A stretch of DNA of 63,292 bases, the filler included, from an uncultured Gemmatimonadota bacterium (GTDB taxonomy: Bacteria > Blakebacterota > Blakebacteria > Blakebacterales > Blakebacteraceae): assembly GCA_964576115.1 (NCBI GenBank). It is 4 parts of 4 records of this genome, joined end to end, with 100 filler letters (N's around TTAATTAATTAA, not from the genome) between each part and the next. Parts side by side here need not be neighbours in the genome. Positions count along the whole stretch, not along the records: positions 32,257 to 48,196 come from CAZNUA010000067.1; positions 48,297 to 63,292 come from CAZNUA010000068.1; 2 more parts are not named here. One strand, given 5' to 3'. Both the position numbers and the translations under genes were made by a program. Position 1 is the stretch's first letter. Every line of letters starts with the position of its first letter. Positions 38,977-49,870 of the stretch are shown here, in pieces. Below the pieces are notes generated by a model. It saw nothing but the letters and a program-made list of their open reading frames with translations, had not been told where the DNA came from and searched no databases.

Positions 38977-40014
38977 ATGCGTACTGCTGTCTTTCCCCGT
39001 CTTTTCGCAAAAGCCGGAACCGTCCTGATCCCCCTTGCGGTTGCGGTACTGGTGAATGTCTGTCCGGTGGATCTACAGGCCCAGCAGGTGCCCGATCGCC
39101 TGAGTCCGGCCCTGCAGGCAGCCATTGTGGACTCGGTCGCGGCGTCGCTCATTCAGACCTACATCTTCCTCGAAACCGCCGAGGAGATGGCCGGGTTCAT
39201 CCGCTCCCGCGTCGCGGCCGGCGGGTATGACGATCATGCTGCTCCGCAGGATTTCACCCGCCAGCTGACCGCCGATCTGCAGTCGATCAGCCACGATCTG
39301 CACCTGCGGGTCAACGTGCGCCAGCCGGCGCCCGCGAGCGCCGAACCGATTCCCGTCGAGGAGCAAATCCGTCGCCGCAACGAAAGCCTGCGGCGTGAGA
39401 ACTACCGCTTCCAGAAGGTCGAGATTCTGCCCGGGAATATCGGTTACCTGAAGTTCAACAACTTCATCGAGGCAGAACTGGCCGGGGCCACGGCGGTGGC
39501 GGCCATGAACTTCCTGGCCAACGCCGACGCCATCATCATCGATCTGCGCGAGAACGGGGGTGGTGCTCCCTCGATGATCCAGCTCCTTTCGAGCTACTTT
39601 TTCGCCCAACCGGTGCATCTGAACAGCTTCTACATCCGGCAGACCGACGAGTGGGAGCAGTACTGGTCGTATGCCCACGTGACGGGACCGCGGATGACGG
39701 ATACCCCGCTCTACATCCTGACCAGCAGCCTGACGTTTTCGGCCGCCGAGGAATTCACCTACAACATGAAGAACCTGGAGCGGGCCACGCTCGTGGGCGA
39801 GACGACCCGGGGCGGAGCCCATCCGGTGACCGGGGCGATCTTCGAATTTGAGGGCTTTGCAATCAGCGTTTCCCTGCCCTTCGGACGGGCGGTGAATCCT
39901 GTGACCGGCACAAACTGGGAGGGCACCGGGATAGAACCGCATATCGCGGTTACGGCCGACGAAGCTCTCGAACGGGCCCTCGAAGAGGCCCGGCGGCGTC
40001 TGTCGGAGAGATGA
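38977..40014 (+). CDS. S41-family peptidase
   Basis: 'GNIGYL', 'IIDLRENGGG', 'TFSAAEEF', 'GETTRGGAHP' and 'NWEGTGIEP'. Confidence 0.92.
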   Translation: MRTAVFPRLFAKAGTVLIPLAVAVLVNVCPVDLQAQQVPDRLSPALQAAIVDSVAASLIQTYIFLETAEEMAGFIRSRVAAGGYDDHAAPQDFTRQLTADLQSISHDLHLRVNVRQPAPASAEPIPVEEQIRRRNESLRRENYRFQKVEILPGNIGYLKFNNFIEAELAGATAVAAMNFLANADAIIIDLRENGGGAPSMIQLLSSYFFAQPVHLNSFYIRQTDEWEQYWSYAHVTGPRMTDTPLYILTSSLTFSAAEEFTYNMKNLERATLVGETTRGGAHPVTGAIFEFEGFAISVSLPFGRAVNPVTGTNWEGTGIEPHIAVTADEALERALEEARRRLSER

Positions 40015-40141
40015 AAGCGAACGGATTGTCTGGAATCACTCCACCCGCAGGGCGGTGACAGTCGACGCACTCTTCTCCTCTGCGATACACTGCCGGTGAT
40101 TGCCCGGTTGTCTATCGCCGAATCATTCCCAGGAGTACTCC

Positions 40142-42073
40142 ATGCTATCGATCACTGGAATCGGCCAGAGACTGTCTCCCTGGATCGTGCTGATAGGCAC
40201 TCTGTTCAGCGGTGCCTGTACCCGTCCCGACGATGCGTCTGCCGCTCTGCGTATTGCTCTGGAACGAATCGACGGCGAGATGAGCTATGTCGGTTACAGC
40301 TTCACCTTCGAGGAAGAGCGAGTGGCCGAGCAGATCGACCGGTACCATCCCGTCATACCCGAGCCGCTTCCCCCCGGGACCACGGTCGTCTACTGCCACA
40401 CCGGCCCCTTTTTCGGACTGGTGCAGAAACGAACAGGGGAGCCGGGGCTCAGGTTCACCCTCGATGCCAACTGCAATCACGATCTGACCGACGATTCCGC
40501 TCTCGATCTGCCGCTCGTGGAGAGCTGGGCGGAAGGTACTGTCGTTCGGGTGACCCGGAGCTATGAAACACCCGAACCGCACACCGCACAGCTTCCCTAT
40601 CGCATCAGCTATATGACGCGTGAAGGTCGGGACGGCCGGGATGAGGATGCGATTACGGTCTGTGCCGACTACCGGTTCGCCGGGGCCTTCGAACTCGACG
40701 GCCGGGAATACACCGTCAGACTCGACGATGGCGATGTCCGGGGCCGTTTTGACAGGGAAACCGCGGTCAACATCAGCGTCAGTATCGGGCTGACGGAGCA
40801 GATGGAGATCCCCGGTGCAGCGAATCACTACCGGCTCTTCGAACTGGCCGAGATCGGCGGTCGGCTCTGGGAATTCAACGAGATCGCCGAGGACGGTAAC
40901 TGGATCGAGATCATCGAAAGCGATCTGCCGAGCATCGGCCTGGGCCAGGCGGTTCCCGAGATGGAAATGACCGATCTGGAGGGTCAGATCTTCCGTCTGA
41001 GCGACTACCGGGGACAGGTTTTGCTGCTGGATTTCTGGCCGGCCTGGTGCGGGCCGTGCGTGGCCAAGTTTCCGGCCATCAACGAGATGGTCGAGCGGTA
41101 TTCAGACCGGCCCTTCGCCGCCATCGGGATCAATATCGATGACGAGCGGCGCCTGGAGCAGGCCAGGCAGATTATCGACGAGTACGATCTCACCTGGCGC
41201 CAGGTGGCCGAGGGGAAAGGGGAGTTCATTCCGTCGTATCAGGTGCTGGGACGGCTGCCCGAGCGGGCCATGTCCTTTCCCATCTACGTTCTCATCGACG
41301 AGGAGGGTATCGCCCGCTACGCCACCAACGACTACCAGAACGTGGAACGCTTCCTGGCCGCGCATTTCTCCGACGACGAGCGGGAACGCGGAGTCCGTTT
41401 CGTTCCCTTGACCGAGCAGCACCACGAACGCGTTCCGCTGGACGGCGCGATCGATTTCGAGAGCGATCAGGCCCGGGCTCTGGCCGACAACCCGGACCTG
41501 ACTCTGCCCGGGGGCCTGCCGGCCGGCTACCGGCTCGGCCGCCTGCCGAATGGGACCGTCCTGCTGGCCTGGCCGCATGCGGACGGGGAACATGTCCATG
41601 TGGTGCTGGATGCCGACCGCGATTTCGATCTGACTAATGACGAAGAAACGGATGTTCCTGTTCTCACCGGAGAGGTTGCCGATGAGGATGCGGTGGCGAT
41701 CACCCTGATCGTCGCTTACGCCGGCGGCGGTCGGGGATTCCGGCCGGTGCGCCTCTACGCCCGGCCGGCCGGGGGTGGTGGAGCCGGCTCCGAACCTGCC
41801 CTCTGGTACCGGGGCGACAGTACGATCTTCCGGGGCTCGTTCTTTGTCGGGAAGCGCGAATACGAAATCGCCGTACACGACCCGACCGGCGACTATCTCT
41901 TCAGCCCCGAGGACTGGGCCGACGAGACCATCCTCACCCTGAGCCGGAAGCGACGGGGCGAGTGGGTTCCCGTCTATTCCGGAATCGACGCCATCCCCAT
42001 CGGAGGCGAATCCTGCCGGGTGCGCTGGATCTCCGACGACGGCGCCCTGGTTGAACTGGAACCGATCCGGTAA
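40142..42073 (+). CDS. Lipoprotein with central TlpA thioredoxin domain flanked by two related uncharacterised domains
   Basis: Lipobox 'SGAC'; 'LSDYRGQVLLLDFWPAWCGPC'; 'DANCNHDLTDD' and 'DADRDFDLTND' on either side. Confidence 0.82.
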   Translation: MLSITGIGQRLSPWIVLIGTLFSGACTRPDDASAALRIALERIDGEMSYVGYSFTFEEERVAEQIDRYHPVIPEPLPPGTTVVYCHTGPFFGLVQKRTGEPGLRFTLDANCNHDLTDDSALDLPLVESWAEGTVVRVTRSYETPEPHTAQLPYRISYMTREGRDGRDEDAITVCADYRFAGAFELDGREYTVRLDDGDVRGRFDRETAVNISVSIGLTEQMEIPGAANHYRLFELAEIGGRLWEFNEIAEDGNWIEIIESDLPSIGLGQAVPEMEMTDLEGQIFRLSDYRGQVLLLDFWPAWCGPCVAKFPAINEMVERYSDRPFAAIGINIDDERRLEQARQIIDEYDLTWRQVAEGKGEFIPSYQVLGRLPERAMSFPIYVLIDEEGIARYATNDYQNVERFLAAHFSDDERERGVRFVPLTEQHHERVPLDGAIDFESDQARALADNPDLTLPGGLPAGYRLGRLPNGTVLLAWPHADGEHVHVVLDADRDFDLTNDEETDVPVLTGEVADEDAVAITLIVAYAGGGRGFRPVRLYARPAGGGGAGSEPALWYRGDSTIFRGSFFVGKREYEIAVHDPTGDYLFSPEDWADETILTLSRKRRGEWVPVYSGIDAIPIGGESCRVRWISDDGALVELEPIR

Positions 42074-42088
42074 GACCGGGAAAAATCT

Positions 42089-44492
42089 CTACTCCACCCG
42101 CAGGGCGGTGACCGGGTCGATCCGGGAGATCCGGCGGGCGGGCAGAACGGTGGCCAGCAGCGCCGCGGCCGTCAGCAGAAAGGTAACGGCCACATAGGTG
42201 ACCGGATCGACGGGGGGCACATCGAAGAGCATGTTCGTCATCAGCCGGCTCAACCAGAAGGCGGCTGTCAATCCGATGATGACCCCGGCCAGGATGAATT
42301 TCATTCCCTGCCAGATCATGAGTCGGACGACATCGGTTCCGGTGGCGCCGAGGGTGGTGCGCAGGGCCATTTCGGCGGTGCGCTGGGATACCAGATACCC
42401 CATGACGCCGTAGATACCGGCACAGGCCATGACCAGAGCGAGCAGGGCGAAGGTGATCAGGAGACCGGTATTGAGCCGGGGCGCGGAGAGCGATCCGGTC
42501 ACGACGTCGGACATGGTGCGGATGTTCGCCAGCGGCAGGTCGGGATCGATATCACCCAGAAGGGCCCGGATCTCCGGGACGACCGGGATGGGATCCTCGA
42601 CGGTATGGACCACGAAGGTAACCGGATTCCTCAGACCCCAGTCATAAGAGAGGTACACGGACAGTCGGGGGCCGTGGACCTGGCCCCGTTCGGTCATGTC
42701 GGATACCACCCCGATGACCGTTCCGATCCGATCTGTATTGGCCCAGAGAACGAGCCGTCGCCCGATGACATCGCGCTCCTCCCAGATCTCCTGAGCCAGG
42801 GCTTCGCTGATCACCACCCGGTTCGGATCCTCACGGATATCGGTGTCCGAGAAGGTCCGCCCGGCCAGCATCGTCAAGCCCATGGCATCAAAGAACTCCG
42901 GTGACACGTAGCGCCATTCTGCAATAAGGGTGCTCTCATCGGGGCCCGGTTGCCGGCCTTCGGCATAGACGCCCATGTCGGTCGTCATACCGGCCAGGGG
43001 CGCACAGCTCACCGCCCCGGCTGCTGTGACAGCCGGCATGGCCTCCATGCGGGGAATGAACTCATCGAAGAAACGGACCCGCCGATCCCGGGCCCCGTAA
43101 GTTTGCGGCGGCAGGGTAACCTCGAAGAGCAGACGGTTCTCGACCGCGAATCCGGTATCGACCTCTCTGAGCTCAGCCAGACTCCGGACCATGAGCCCGG
43201 CGCCGATGAGCAGGAGGATTGAAACCGCGGTCTCGACCACGAGCAGCAGACCACTGGTTCGATGTTGTCGCCGCCCCCCGGAAGAGCGACTCCCCTCCTT
43301 GAGGATTTCGTGTGCCTTGGCGTGAGGAACCCGCAGAGCCGGTATGAGTCCGGTCACGATCCCGACGAGGAGAGAGAGCCCGAAGGTGAAAGCACACACT
43401 CCTGCGTTCACCGTCACCAGGGCCAGACGGGGGATGTCGGTGACCTCGATCCGGGTGAGGATGCCGACCGCCCCGAACGAGAGCAGCACGCCCAGAACTC
43501 CCCCGAGCAGGGCCAGGAGGATCGACTCGGTGATCATCTGGCGGACGATCCTGGCCCGGCCGGCCCCGAGGGCGGCTGTAATGGCGATCTCGCGCCGACG
43601 TCCGCTGGCCCGGGCCAGGAGAAGGTTGGCCAGATTGGCGCAGGCGATCAGCAGCACGAATCCGACCGCACCCAGGAGGATCCAGAGAGATTGCCGGACA
43701 TGGTCCTGGATCAGCCACTGCTCGAGGGGCAGAAAAGTGACCCCGGTGATGGCGTTGCCTTCGGGGTGCTCGGCCGTGATCCGGGTCGCGTTGGCGCTCC
43801 ACTCCGCAGCGGCATCCTCGAGCGTTGAGCCGGGGCGCAGCCGACCGACCGGCCAGATGATGTTGTTACCCCGGTGACCGTTCGGATCGGGCGCCAGAGG
43901 GACGTAGAGATCGAACCACTCCAGCCAGAACTCACCGGGCGGCAGTACTCCGACGACGGTGCAGGGAATGTTACTGAGAGTGATCGATTTCCCCACAATG
44001 CCGGGATCTTCCCCGAAAGCCGTCCGCCAGAGGGAATGACTCAGCAGAACCGCGACGTAGCTCCTGCTGATGACATCCTCCTCGGGNNNNNNNNNNNNNN
44101 NNNNNNNNNNNNNNNNNNNNNNNNNNNNNNNNNNNNNNNNNNNNNNNNNNNNNNNNNNNNNNNNNNNNNNNNNNNNNNNNNNNNNNCAGCAGGGCTATGG
44201 CCGTGAATCCGGGTCGTCTGAGCAGCCGTCGCAGACCGAAGCGCAGATCGTGCAGGACGGATTCGAAAAAGAAAGGGGTGCCGGTTTCGCGAACCTGACT
44301 GCGGGTGCGCTCGATTCCCCCCAGGCTGAGCCGGGCGAGCCGCTCTGCCTCGGCTTCCGACAGTCCCTGCTGCAGGTTTTCCTGGTAGGCTTTCTCGAGG
44401 TGGAATTTCAGCTCACTCTCGAGCTCGCGTTCGAACCTGTTGCGAGTAAAGAGCGTTCTGAGCCAGCGCCACAGTCCGCCAATGCGATCCAT
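42089..44492 (-). CDS. ADOP-type ABC permease with prefix domain (spans scaffold gap 44087-44186)
   Basis: N part 'ERELESELKFHLE...DLRFGLRRLLRRPGFT'; C part 'IACANLANLLLARA...PARRISRIDPVTALRVE'. Confidence 0.85.
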
Positions 44493-44652
44493 CCGAACCT
44501 CCTGCGCCGGGCCGACGTCCTGAGAGGGAACGGGAAGCGGGCCTCTACCGGATCCAGCTCGGGAAAGCACCCAGCCTTACTCTAGATAAACGAGAGCAGG
44601 GTGATAAAGTTGCAGGTCACAGGAGATTCCGCCCGTGGTCGGGAGCGACCGT

Positions 44653-45780
44653 TCAGCGGTTCTCCCACCAGGCGAGGATGTCGTCGGTGAAGTCGGTACC
44701 CACGACGTCGGTATCGCCGTCGCCGTCAAGATCGGCTCCCCACACCGAGAGGGGCTGGGCCAGCGCAGTGGTGATTTCGTGCTGCCGCCAGTCCATGTCG
44801 GCCGTCTGCTCCCACCAGTAGAGGGTGCCTTCGCCTCCGGCCGAAGCCAGGATGTCGGCCCGCCCGTCGCCGTTCATGTCGGCTACATGGACATACCCGG
44901 CGAAAGTCACCCCGGTCTCAACTGTATGACGGGTACAGTCTCCGGTCCCGTCGTTCTCGAACCAGGCTACGATACCGCCTTCCATGGCCGCCCCGGCGAG
45001 GTCGATATCCTCGTCTCCGTCGATATCGCAGGGCCAGATCCAGTGGACGCCCGTAAAGCCGGACTCCAGGCCTCTGAAGGTGAAATCGCCGCCGGTGTTT
45101 TCGAGCCAGAGTATCAGGCTGTTCCCGTAATGGGCACAGAGGATGTCAGCATCGCCGTCGTTGTCGATATCGGCAGTTACTAGGGTGGAGACGCGATCGC
45201 GGGTATCCGATATCAGGTGTTCGGTGAAATGACAGCTGCCGTCGTTCTCGAACCAGACGATCCGGTCGGTGCCGCTGCCACTCTGATCCCACGAACCAGC
45301 CACGAGATCGGAGTCGCCATCACCGTCGAGGTCATCTGCATAGACAGTGTTGGCCCCGGCGAGGCTGTCCGAAACAGTGTGTTCGATCCAGTTGCCGCCG
45401 CCATCGTTCTCGAACCATGCCACCTCCCCGTCCTGGAAGGCGCAGGCTACGACGTCAAGATCGCCGTCACCGTCAAGATCGTGAGGCCAGACATTACGGA
45501 CTCCCTGAAAATCGCTCGCCACATGCTGGGAGGAAAAGCTTCCGCTCCCCATGTTGATCCGCCAGTCGATACTCCCGGCATAGAAGGCAGCACTCAGGAT
45601 GTCGGCATCTCCATCGCCGCCCAGATCAGCCGTCACGGCATGGACCGCACCATTATAGGAAGAGCCGAGCAGGTGTCGGCGGAAATACGTCACGGTCTCG
45701 CCGTTGGGTGGGGACGAGCAGGCGACGAGAGTAACGCAGGCGGCAACAGTCACGAGATGTATGCGGAACCGGATCGACAT
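44653..45780 (-). CDS. FG-GAP/VCBS-repeat lipoprotein
   Basis: Seven 'D.DGDGD.D...W.EN' blades; lipobox 'LVAC'. Confidence 0.88.
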   Translation of the reverse strand: MSIRFRIHLVTVAACVTLVACSSPPNGETVTYFRRHLLGSSYNGAVHAVTADLGGDGDADILSAAFYAGSIDWRINMGSGSFSSQHVASDFQGVRNVWPHDLDGDGDLDVVACAFQDGEVAWFENDGGGNWIEHTVSDSLAGANTVYADDLDGDGDSDLVAGSWDQSGSGTDRIVWFENDGSCHFTEHLISDTRDRVSTLVTADIDNDGDADILCAHYGNSLILWLENTGGDFTFRGLESGFTGVHWIWPCDIDGDEDIDLAGAAMEGGIVAWFENDGTGDCTRHTVETGVTFAGYVHVADMNGDGRADILASAGGEGTLYWWEQTADMDWRQHEITTALAQPLSVWGADLDGDGDTDVVGTDFTDDILAWWENR

Positions 45781-45854
45781 GTCGGATTTCCTCCCGGAGT
45801 GAGAAGAGTGGCGGTGAGGCACTGACACCGGGCCCGGTGGCGATGAGGGTTGGC

Positions 45855-47024
45855 TCACGGCTGGATGTTCAACCAGACCTCGTTCGGACCGCCGTCGCCG
45901 TAGCAGGCCAGGAAGAGGTCGAGATCGCCGTCTGAGTCGAGATCGCTGCAGGCGGGCACTCCCGCCATCCCGGTTACCCCGAGGCGCAGCCCGGAGTCGG
46001 AATAGACGCCGGAGCCGTTATTGAGCCAGATCTGGGACTCGTCGAAGATCTGTATGAGCAGAGCATCGAGGTCGGAGTCGCCGTCCAGATCGGCCAGCAG
46101 CGGCCGCAGACTGCCGAAGTCTCCTATAGCCCCTGAGCCGGGGGTGAACTGTCCCGAACCGTCGTTGAACCACACCCGGGCGGGTCGGTTCTGCTGTGAA
46201 GAGCCGTTGAAATCGAAGGCATCCAGGTCGCCGTCGCCGTCAACGTCGCCGAGCGTGGGCGCCGTGCGCCCGACCGGCAGATCGAGGTCGGTATCTGACC
46301 AGATCTCTGTGAAGGTGCCTGCACCGTCATTGGTGAAGACCCGGCGGGCGTCATCAGCCACCTTGGTGAACATGTCCACATCGCCGTCGGAATCGAGATC
46401 GCCCCAGGAGATGCTGCCCGCGATGGTCCCGGGGCGCAGGGTGAACATCCCCGACCCGTCGTTGAGGTAGATCCGGCCGATGGTGAGCGGTGCCTCGTAG
46501 TAATTCACGTGAGCGTCGAGATCGCCGTCGCAATCGATATCAATGAGATGCACGCCGGTCCCGGAGAGATCGACATCACCCAGGTCCTGGCCGGAGTCGG
46601 TGAAGTGGGCCGCTCCATCGTTGAAGTAGATCCTGTTCTGCCGGTAATACGTGACGCCATCCCAGGTAAAGCCGGCGCCGCTGAAGAAGAGGTCGAGATC
46701 GCCGTCTGAATCCAGATCGCCAAGGGCGATCCCGTGAGCGATGTCGGTCAGTTTCTGGTCGGTATAAGTAAAGGCGGCCTGCCCGTCATTGAGCAGAACC
46801 CGGCTGGAATCGAAACCCATGTTCGAGAACACGGCGTCGAGATTGCCGTCGGAGTCGAGGTCGCCGAGCGCGATCTGCTGCGTGCGGGCGCTACCGTAGG
46901 TCTGCGCGTGGCAGCTGAAGGAAAAGCCGGGTCCCGGCCCGGGGCCCGTGCTCTGATCGCAGGCGGTGGTCGCGATCAGGATCGAGAGCAGCAGTATCAA
47001 GCCGTTCATGATCTTCCTCACCAT
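45855..47024 (-). CDS. FG-GAP/VCBS-repeat lipoprotein
   Basis: Repeated 'GDLDSDGDLD...NDG'; lipobox-like 'TTAC'. Confidence 0.88.
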   Translation of the reverse strand: MVRKIMNGLILLLSILIATTACDQSTGPGPGPGFSFSCHAQTYGSARTQQIALGDLDSDGNLDAVFSNMGFDSSRVLLNDGQAAFTYTDQKLTDIAHGIALGDLDSDGDLDLFFSGAGFTWDGVTYYRQNRIYFNDGAAHFTDSGQDLGDVDLSGTGVHLIDIDCDGDLDAHVNYYEAPLTIGRIYLNDGSGMFTLRPGTIAGSISWGDLDSDGDVDMFTKVADDARRVFTNDGAGTFTEIWSDTDLDLPVGRTAPTLGDVDGDGDLDAFDFNGSSQQNRPARVWFNDGSGQFTPGSGAIGDFGSLRPLLADLDGDSDLDALLIQIFDESQIWLNNGSGVYSDSGLRLGVTGMAGVPACSDLDSDGDLDLFLACYGDGGPNEVWLNIQP

Positions 47025-47100
47025 AGTCACGGAACGGTGTCCTGAGGTGAAGACTCCATCAGATTGTTCGAACACGATCACCTGTCTTTCCCCCGCAACC

Positions 47101-48003
47101 TCAGCCGCCCGGCCGCAGGGCGTACACGACTTCGGCGTCGACCCACATCAGGTCCCCTCCCTGGCTGTAGAGCAGGTACTCTCCGTCGGGGGAGAGGGAG
47201 GAGATCATGGTGTGACCGTCGTTGATCTCCGGTCCCAGATCGATGGGCGTCCCCCAGCTGCCATCGGGATTCCGGAAGGTGACATATATCTTTCCGCTGA
47301 AGGGGACGCCGAGCACGGCATAGTCGAAGAGGATCAGATCGCCATCGGCACTGACCCAGGGATGAGCTTCGAAGTTCACGGTGTTGACCGTTCCGGGCAG
47401 GTCCTCGGCTGCGCTGGGCTCGCCGGCTTCGATCCGGAAGCGGGCCAGGTCGCGACTGGTGGCCTCCCGGTGATCGGTGCAGAAGTAGTACCAGCCGTCC
47501 AGAGCGGATGTAATGCAGTACCCGGTATGGAAGAAAACCGGTTCACCCCAGCCGTCGTCGGTCTTCTCGGCCACCCAGGTACCCTCCTGAAAGGAGGGAT
47601 CGTCGGGTTTCTGCCGGTAGAAGAGAAACCGTTCACCATCGGGGGCCATGTGCGGAGCGACCTCGAGACATTCGGGATCGAAAGAAGCTACAACCGGTTC
47701 GCTCCACTGATCGCCGTCGATGTAGCTGACCATCAGCACATAGGCGGGAAAGTCCTCCGAGCCGGTGGAACGCCCGAACCAGAATTCGGAGAGATCGACC
47801 GAAAAGGTACAGCCCATCTCCACCTGTCCGGGGGTGGAAATGTGACCGGGCGCCAGCACGGCCGGTGTGGTACCCGGCGGATCGACCGTAAAGGTATCGG
47901 CCTGGGGCGGATCGGTGCCATTAGCGGCGCAGCCGGCCGACAGGGTGCAGAGAGACACGGTGAAAAGGACACCGCTGACCGTCCGGATGACAGGACCCAT
48001 CAT
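47101..48003 (-). CDS. PD40/TolB-like beta-propeller lipoprotein
   Basis: 'APGHIST', 'MAPDG..FLF', 'VSADG' and 'LSPDGEYLLYS'; lipobox 'SAGC'. Confidence 0.8.
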   Translation of the reverse strand: MMGPVIRTVSGVLFTVSLCTLSAGCAANGTDPPQADTFTVDPPGTTPAVLAPGHISTPGQVEMGCTFSVDLSEFWFGRSTGSEDFPAYVLMVSYIDGDQWSEPVVASFDPECLEVAPHMAPDGERFLFYRQKPDDPSFQEGTWVAEKTDDGWGEPVFFHTGYCITSALDGWYYFCTDHREATSRDLARFRIEAGEPSAAEDLPGTVNTVNFEAHPWVSADGDLILFDYAVLGVPFSGKIYVTFRNPDGSWGTPIDLGPEINDGHTMISSLSPDGEYLLYSQGGDLMWVDAEVVYALRPGG

Positions 48004-48196
48004 GTCGTTTCAGCCTCCGCAGGTATGAACCGGCTCCCGCCACTCTCCGGCTTGTGACAAGTATTACTGAAACTGATTCCATAAATACGTATGATCGGCC
48101 GGGTATTGTTTCATCGCGGATCGGATGAATGAAACGGTGTTCTATTCCGCCCGCATCACCACGGCCGGATCCACCCGGCCGGCCTGCAGAGCGGGG

Positions 48197-48296
48197 NNNN
48201 NNNNNNNNNNNNNNNNNNNNNNNNNNNNNNNNNNNNNNNNTTAATTAATTAANNNNNNNNNNNNNNNNNNNNNNNNNNNNNNNNNNNNNNNNNNNN
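48197..48296. other. Artificial contig linker
   Basis: N44-TTAATTAATTAA-N44. Confidence 0.97.
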
Positions 48297-48310
48297 GTAA
48301 TCTGCGGTGA

Positions 48311-49273
48311 CTACTCGTCCAGGGGCAGCCTGGCGAGCCAGGCGCGGATTGTCTCGCAGGCGTCCTCGATCGGAATCCTCGGGCCCCAGTACATCGGTGC
48401 AATCTTCGCGTAAGCCTGATCGATGAGTTCGTACTTCTCCGGATCGTCCAGAGCCAGGGCGGGTTCGTCCGACCGCGGGAGGGCGCCGATATCCTTCTGG
48501 TCGAGCATGTCGTAAGCCAGGTCCGCGGCGGACATCTCCATTTCGGGGAGATTCTCCTCGGCTCGGATGATCTGGGCTGCGTCCTCATAGTGCCGGACGA
48601 AGCTGTCCGCCTCCATCTCGTCGCGGCTGTACCGCCGCGCCATGGCATCGAGTTTCTCGAAGAGCGTGACCAGGGGATGGACGCAGCTCACCGACACGGG
48701 CCGATTGTCATCGTAGTCACCCGGCATACCCTCCCTCTCGAGGCGGGCGTGCACGAACGAGCTGAGCGACACCTGAACGCAGGGCACCACACGGGCTCGG
48801 CCGATCTCCAGCCGGACGAAGGGACTCATGACCGGCGCCAGTTCGGTGAGCAGCGTGCCGGGGTAGAGGGCCAGGTAATCTGCACCGCGAGCCTGCCTGT
48901 CGATCCTGGTCGAGTCCCGTTCTACGTGGACACCGGGCACGACGAGCGCGATGGCAAGGGCGTCATAGAAGGTGCGACGCTCTGTCACAGGACCCGTGTT
49001 CGTGCTCGTCCAGCTCGTCACCTCCGGCAGTCCGTCGACCTGACCGTGCTGGACCATCAGGTCGAGGTCCTCGGAAAAACGTTGGATCAACCCGAAACCT
49101 TTGGAGAGGGACGTGCCGCCCTTCAACCAGATATCGAGGCCCGTCTGGTGCAAGGCCCACAGGGTATGCGTCACCCAGTAGTCCTTCTCGATGAGCGCCG
49201 CCGAGATCCCCATCGCCCGCGCAACGATCTGCACCAGCTGTCCGAACTCGGCGTCTTCGTGAACAAACCTCAT
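48311..49273 (-). CDS. abiEii: AbiEii/AbiGii-family nucleotidyltransferase toxin
   Basis: 'IEKDYWVT', 'KGGTSLSKGFGLIQRFSEDLD', 'TLFEKL' and 'RHYED'. Confidence 0.92.
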   Translation of the reverse strand: MRFVHEDAEFGQLVQIVARAMGISAALIEKDYWVTHTLWALHQTGLDIWLKGGTSLSKGFGLIQRFSEDLDLMVQHGQVDGLPEVTSWTSTNTGPVTERRTFYDALAIALVVPGVHVERDSTRIDRQARGADYLALYPGTLLTELAPVMSPFVRLEIGRARVVPCVQVSLSSFVHARLEREGMPGDYDDNRPVSVSCVHPLVTLFEKLDAMARRYSRDEMEADSFVRHYEDAAQIIRAEENLPEMEMSAADLAYDMLDQKDIGALPRSDEPALALDDPEKYELIDQAYAKIAPMYWGPRIPIEDACETIRAWLARLPLDE

Positions 49274-49857
49274 GATGCGTTAGCCGCAGCTCGAAGGCAG
49301 CGTTCGACCAGCGCCAGCGTCGCCTTGGTCCCATACCGGTCGGCCATCTCCCGGAGCCGATCCCGGTTCCAGCGCCCTTCCCGCACTGTGGCTACCAACC
49401 GATCGGCGAGCTCGGTGAGCGAGATACCTGCCATGTCGTGGTGCTGCAGCAGGTCGACCACGAACCACTCCGGTGAGGGATTTTCCGGGAAGAGCACTCG
49501 GCGCAGGAGGAAGCGCCGGCCGTCAAAGATGAACTCGCCCGTACGCTTCTGGTTGTAGGCCAGCGTGGATGCGAACATCGCCGTGGCTCCCAACCCCAGT
49601 GCATTCCACTTCGGCGGACCGGTGAGTACAAACGAGCTGTCGCCGAGGAAGCCGCGGAGGATCTCCTCTTCGGGTGGTGGGGCCTGCCCGAAGCGGCTCT
49701 GGACCGGGGCGTAGAACAGCCCGTGCGCGGCCTGCTGGAGCTTGTTTTCGCGCACCAGGCGCCTGGCAAGACGGGCCGGGTTGGCGCCCCAGCGACGCAA
49801 CTCACGGGTTCGATATACCCGCCCAGGATCGAGGTTCGGTTGTGCTGCCTGGCTCAT
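49270..49857 (-). CDS. AbiEi-like antitoxin / transcriptional regulator
   Basis: N-terminal wHTH 'GRVYRTREL...RLVRE..L...AHGLFYAP'; ATGA overlap with the toxin gene. Confidence 0.75.
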   Translation of the reverse strand: MSQAAQPNLDPGRVYRTRELRRWGANPARLARRLVRENKLQQAAHGLFYAPVQSRFGQAPPPEEEILRGFLGDSSFVLTGPPKWNALGLGATAMFASTLAYNQKRTGEFIFDGRRFLLRRVLFPENPSPEWFVVDLLQHHDMAGISLTELADRLVATVREGRWNRDRLREMADRYGTKATLALVERCLRAAANAS

Positions 49858-49870
49858 GAGTCACCTCTGT

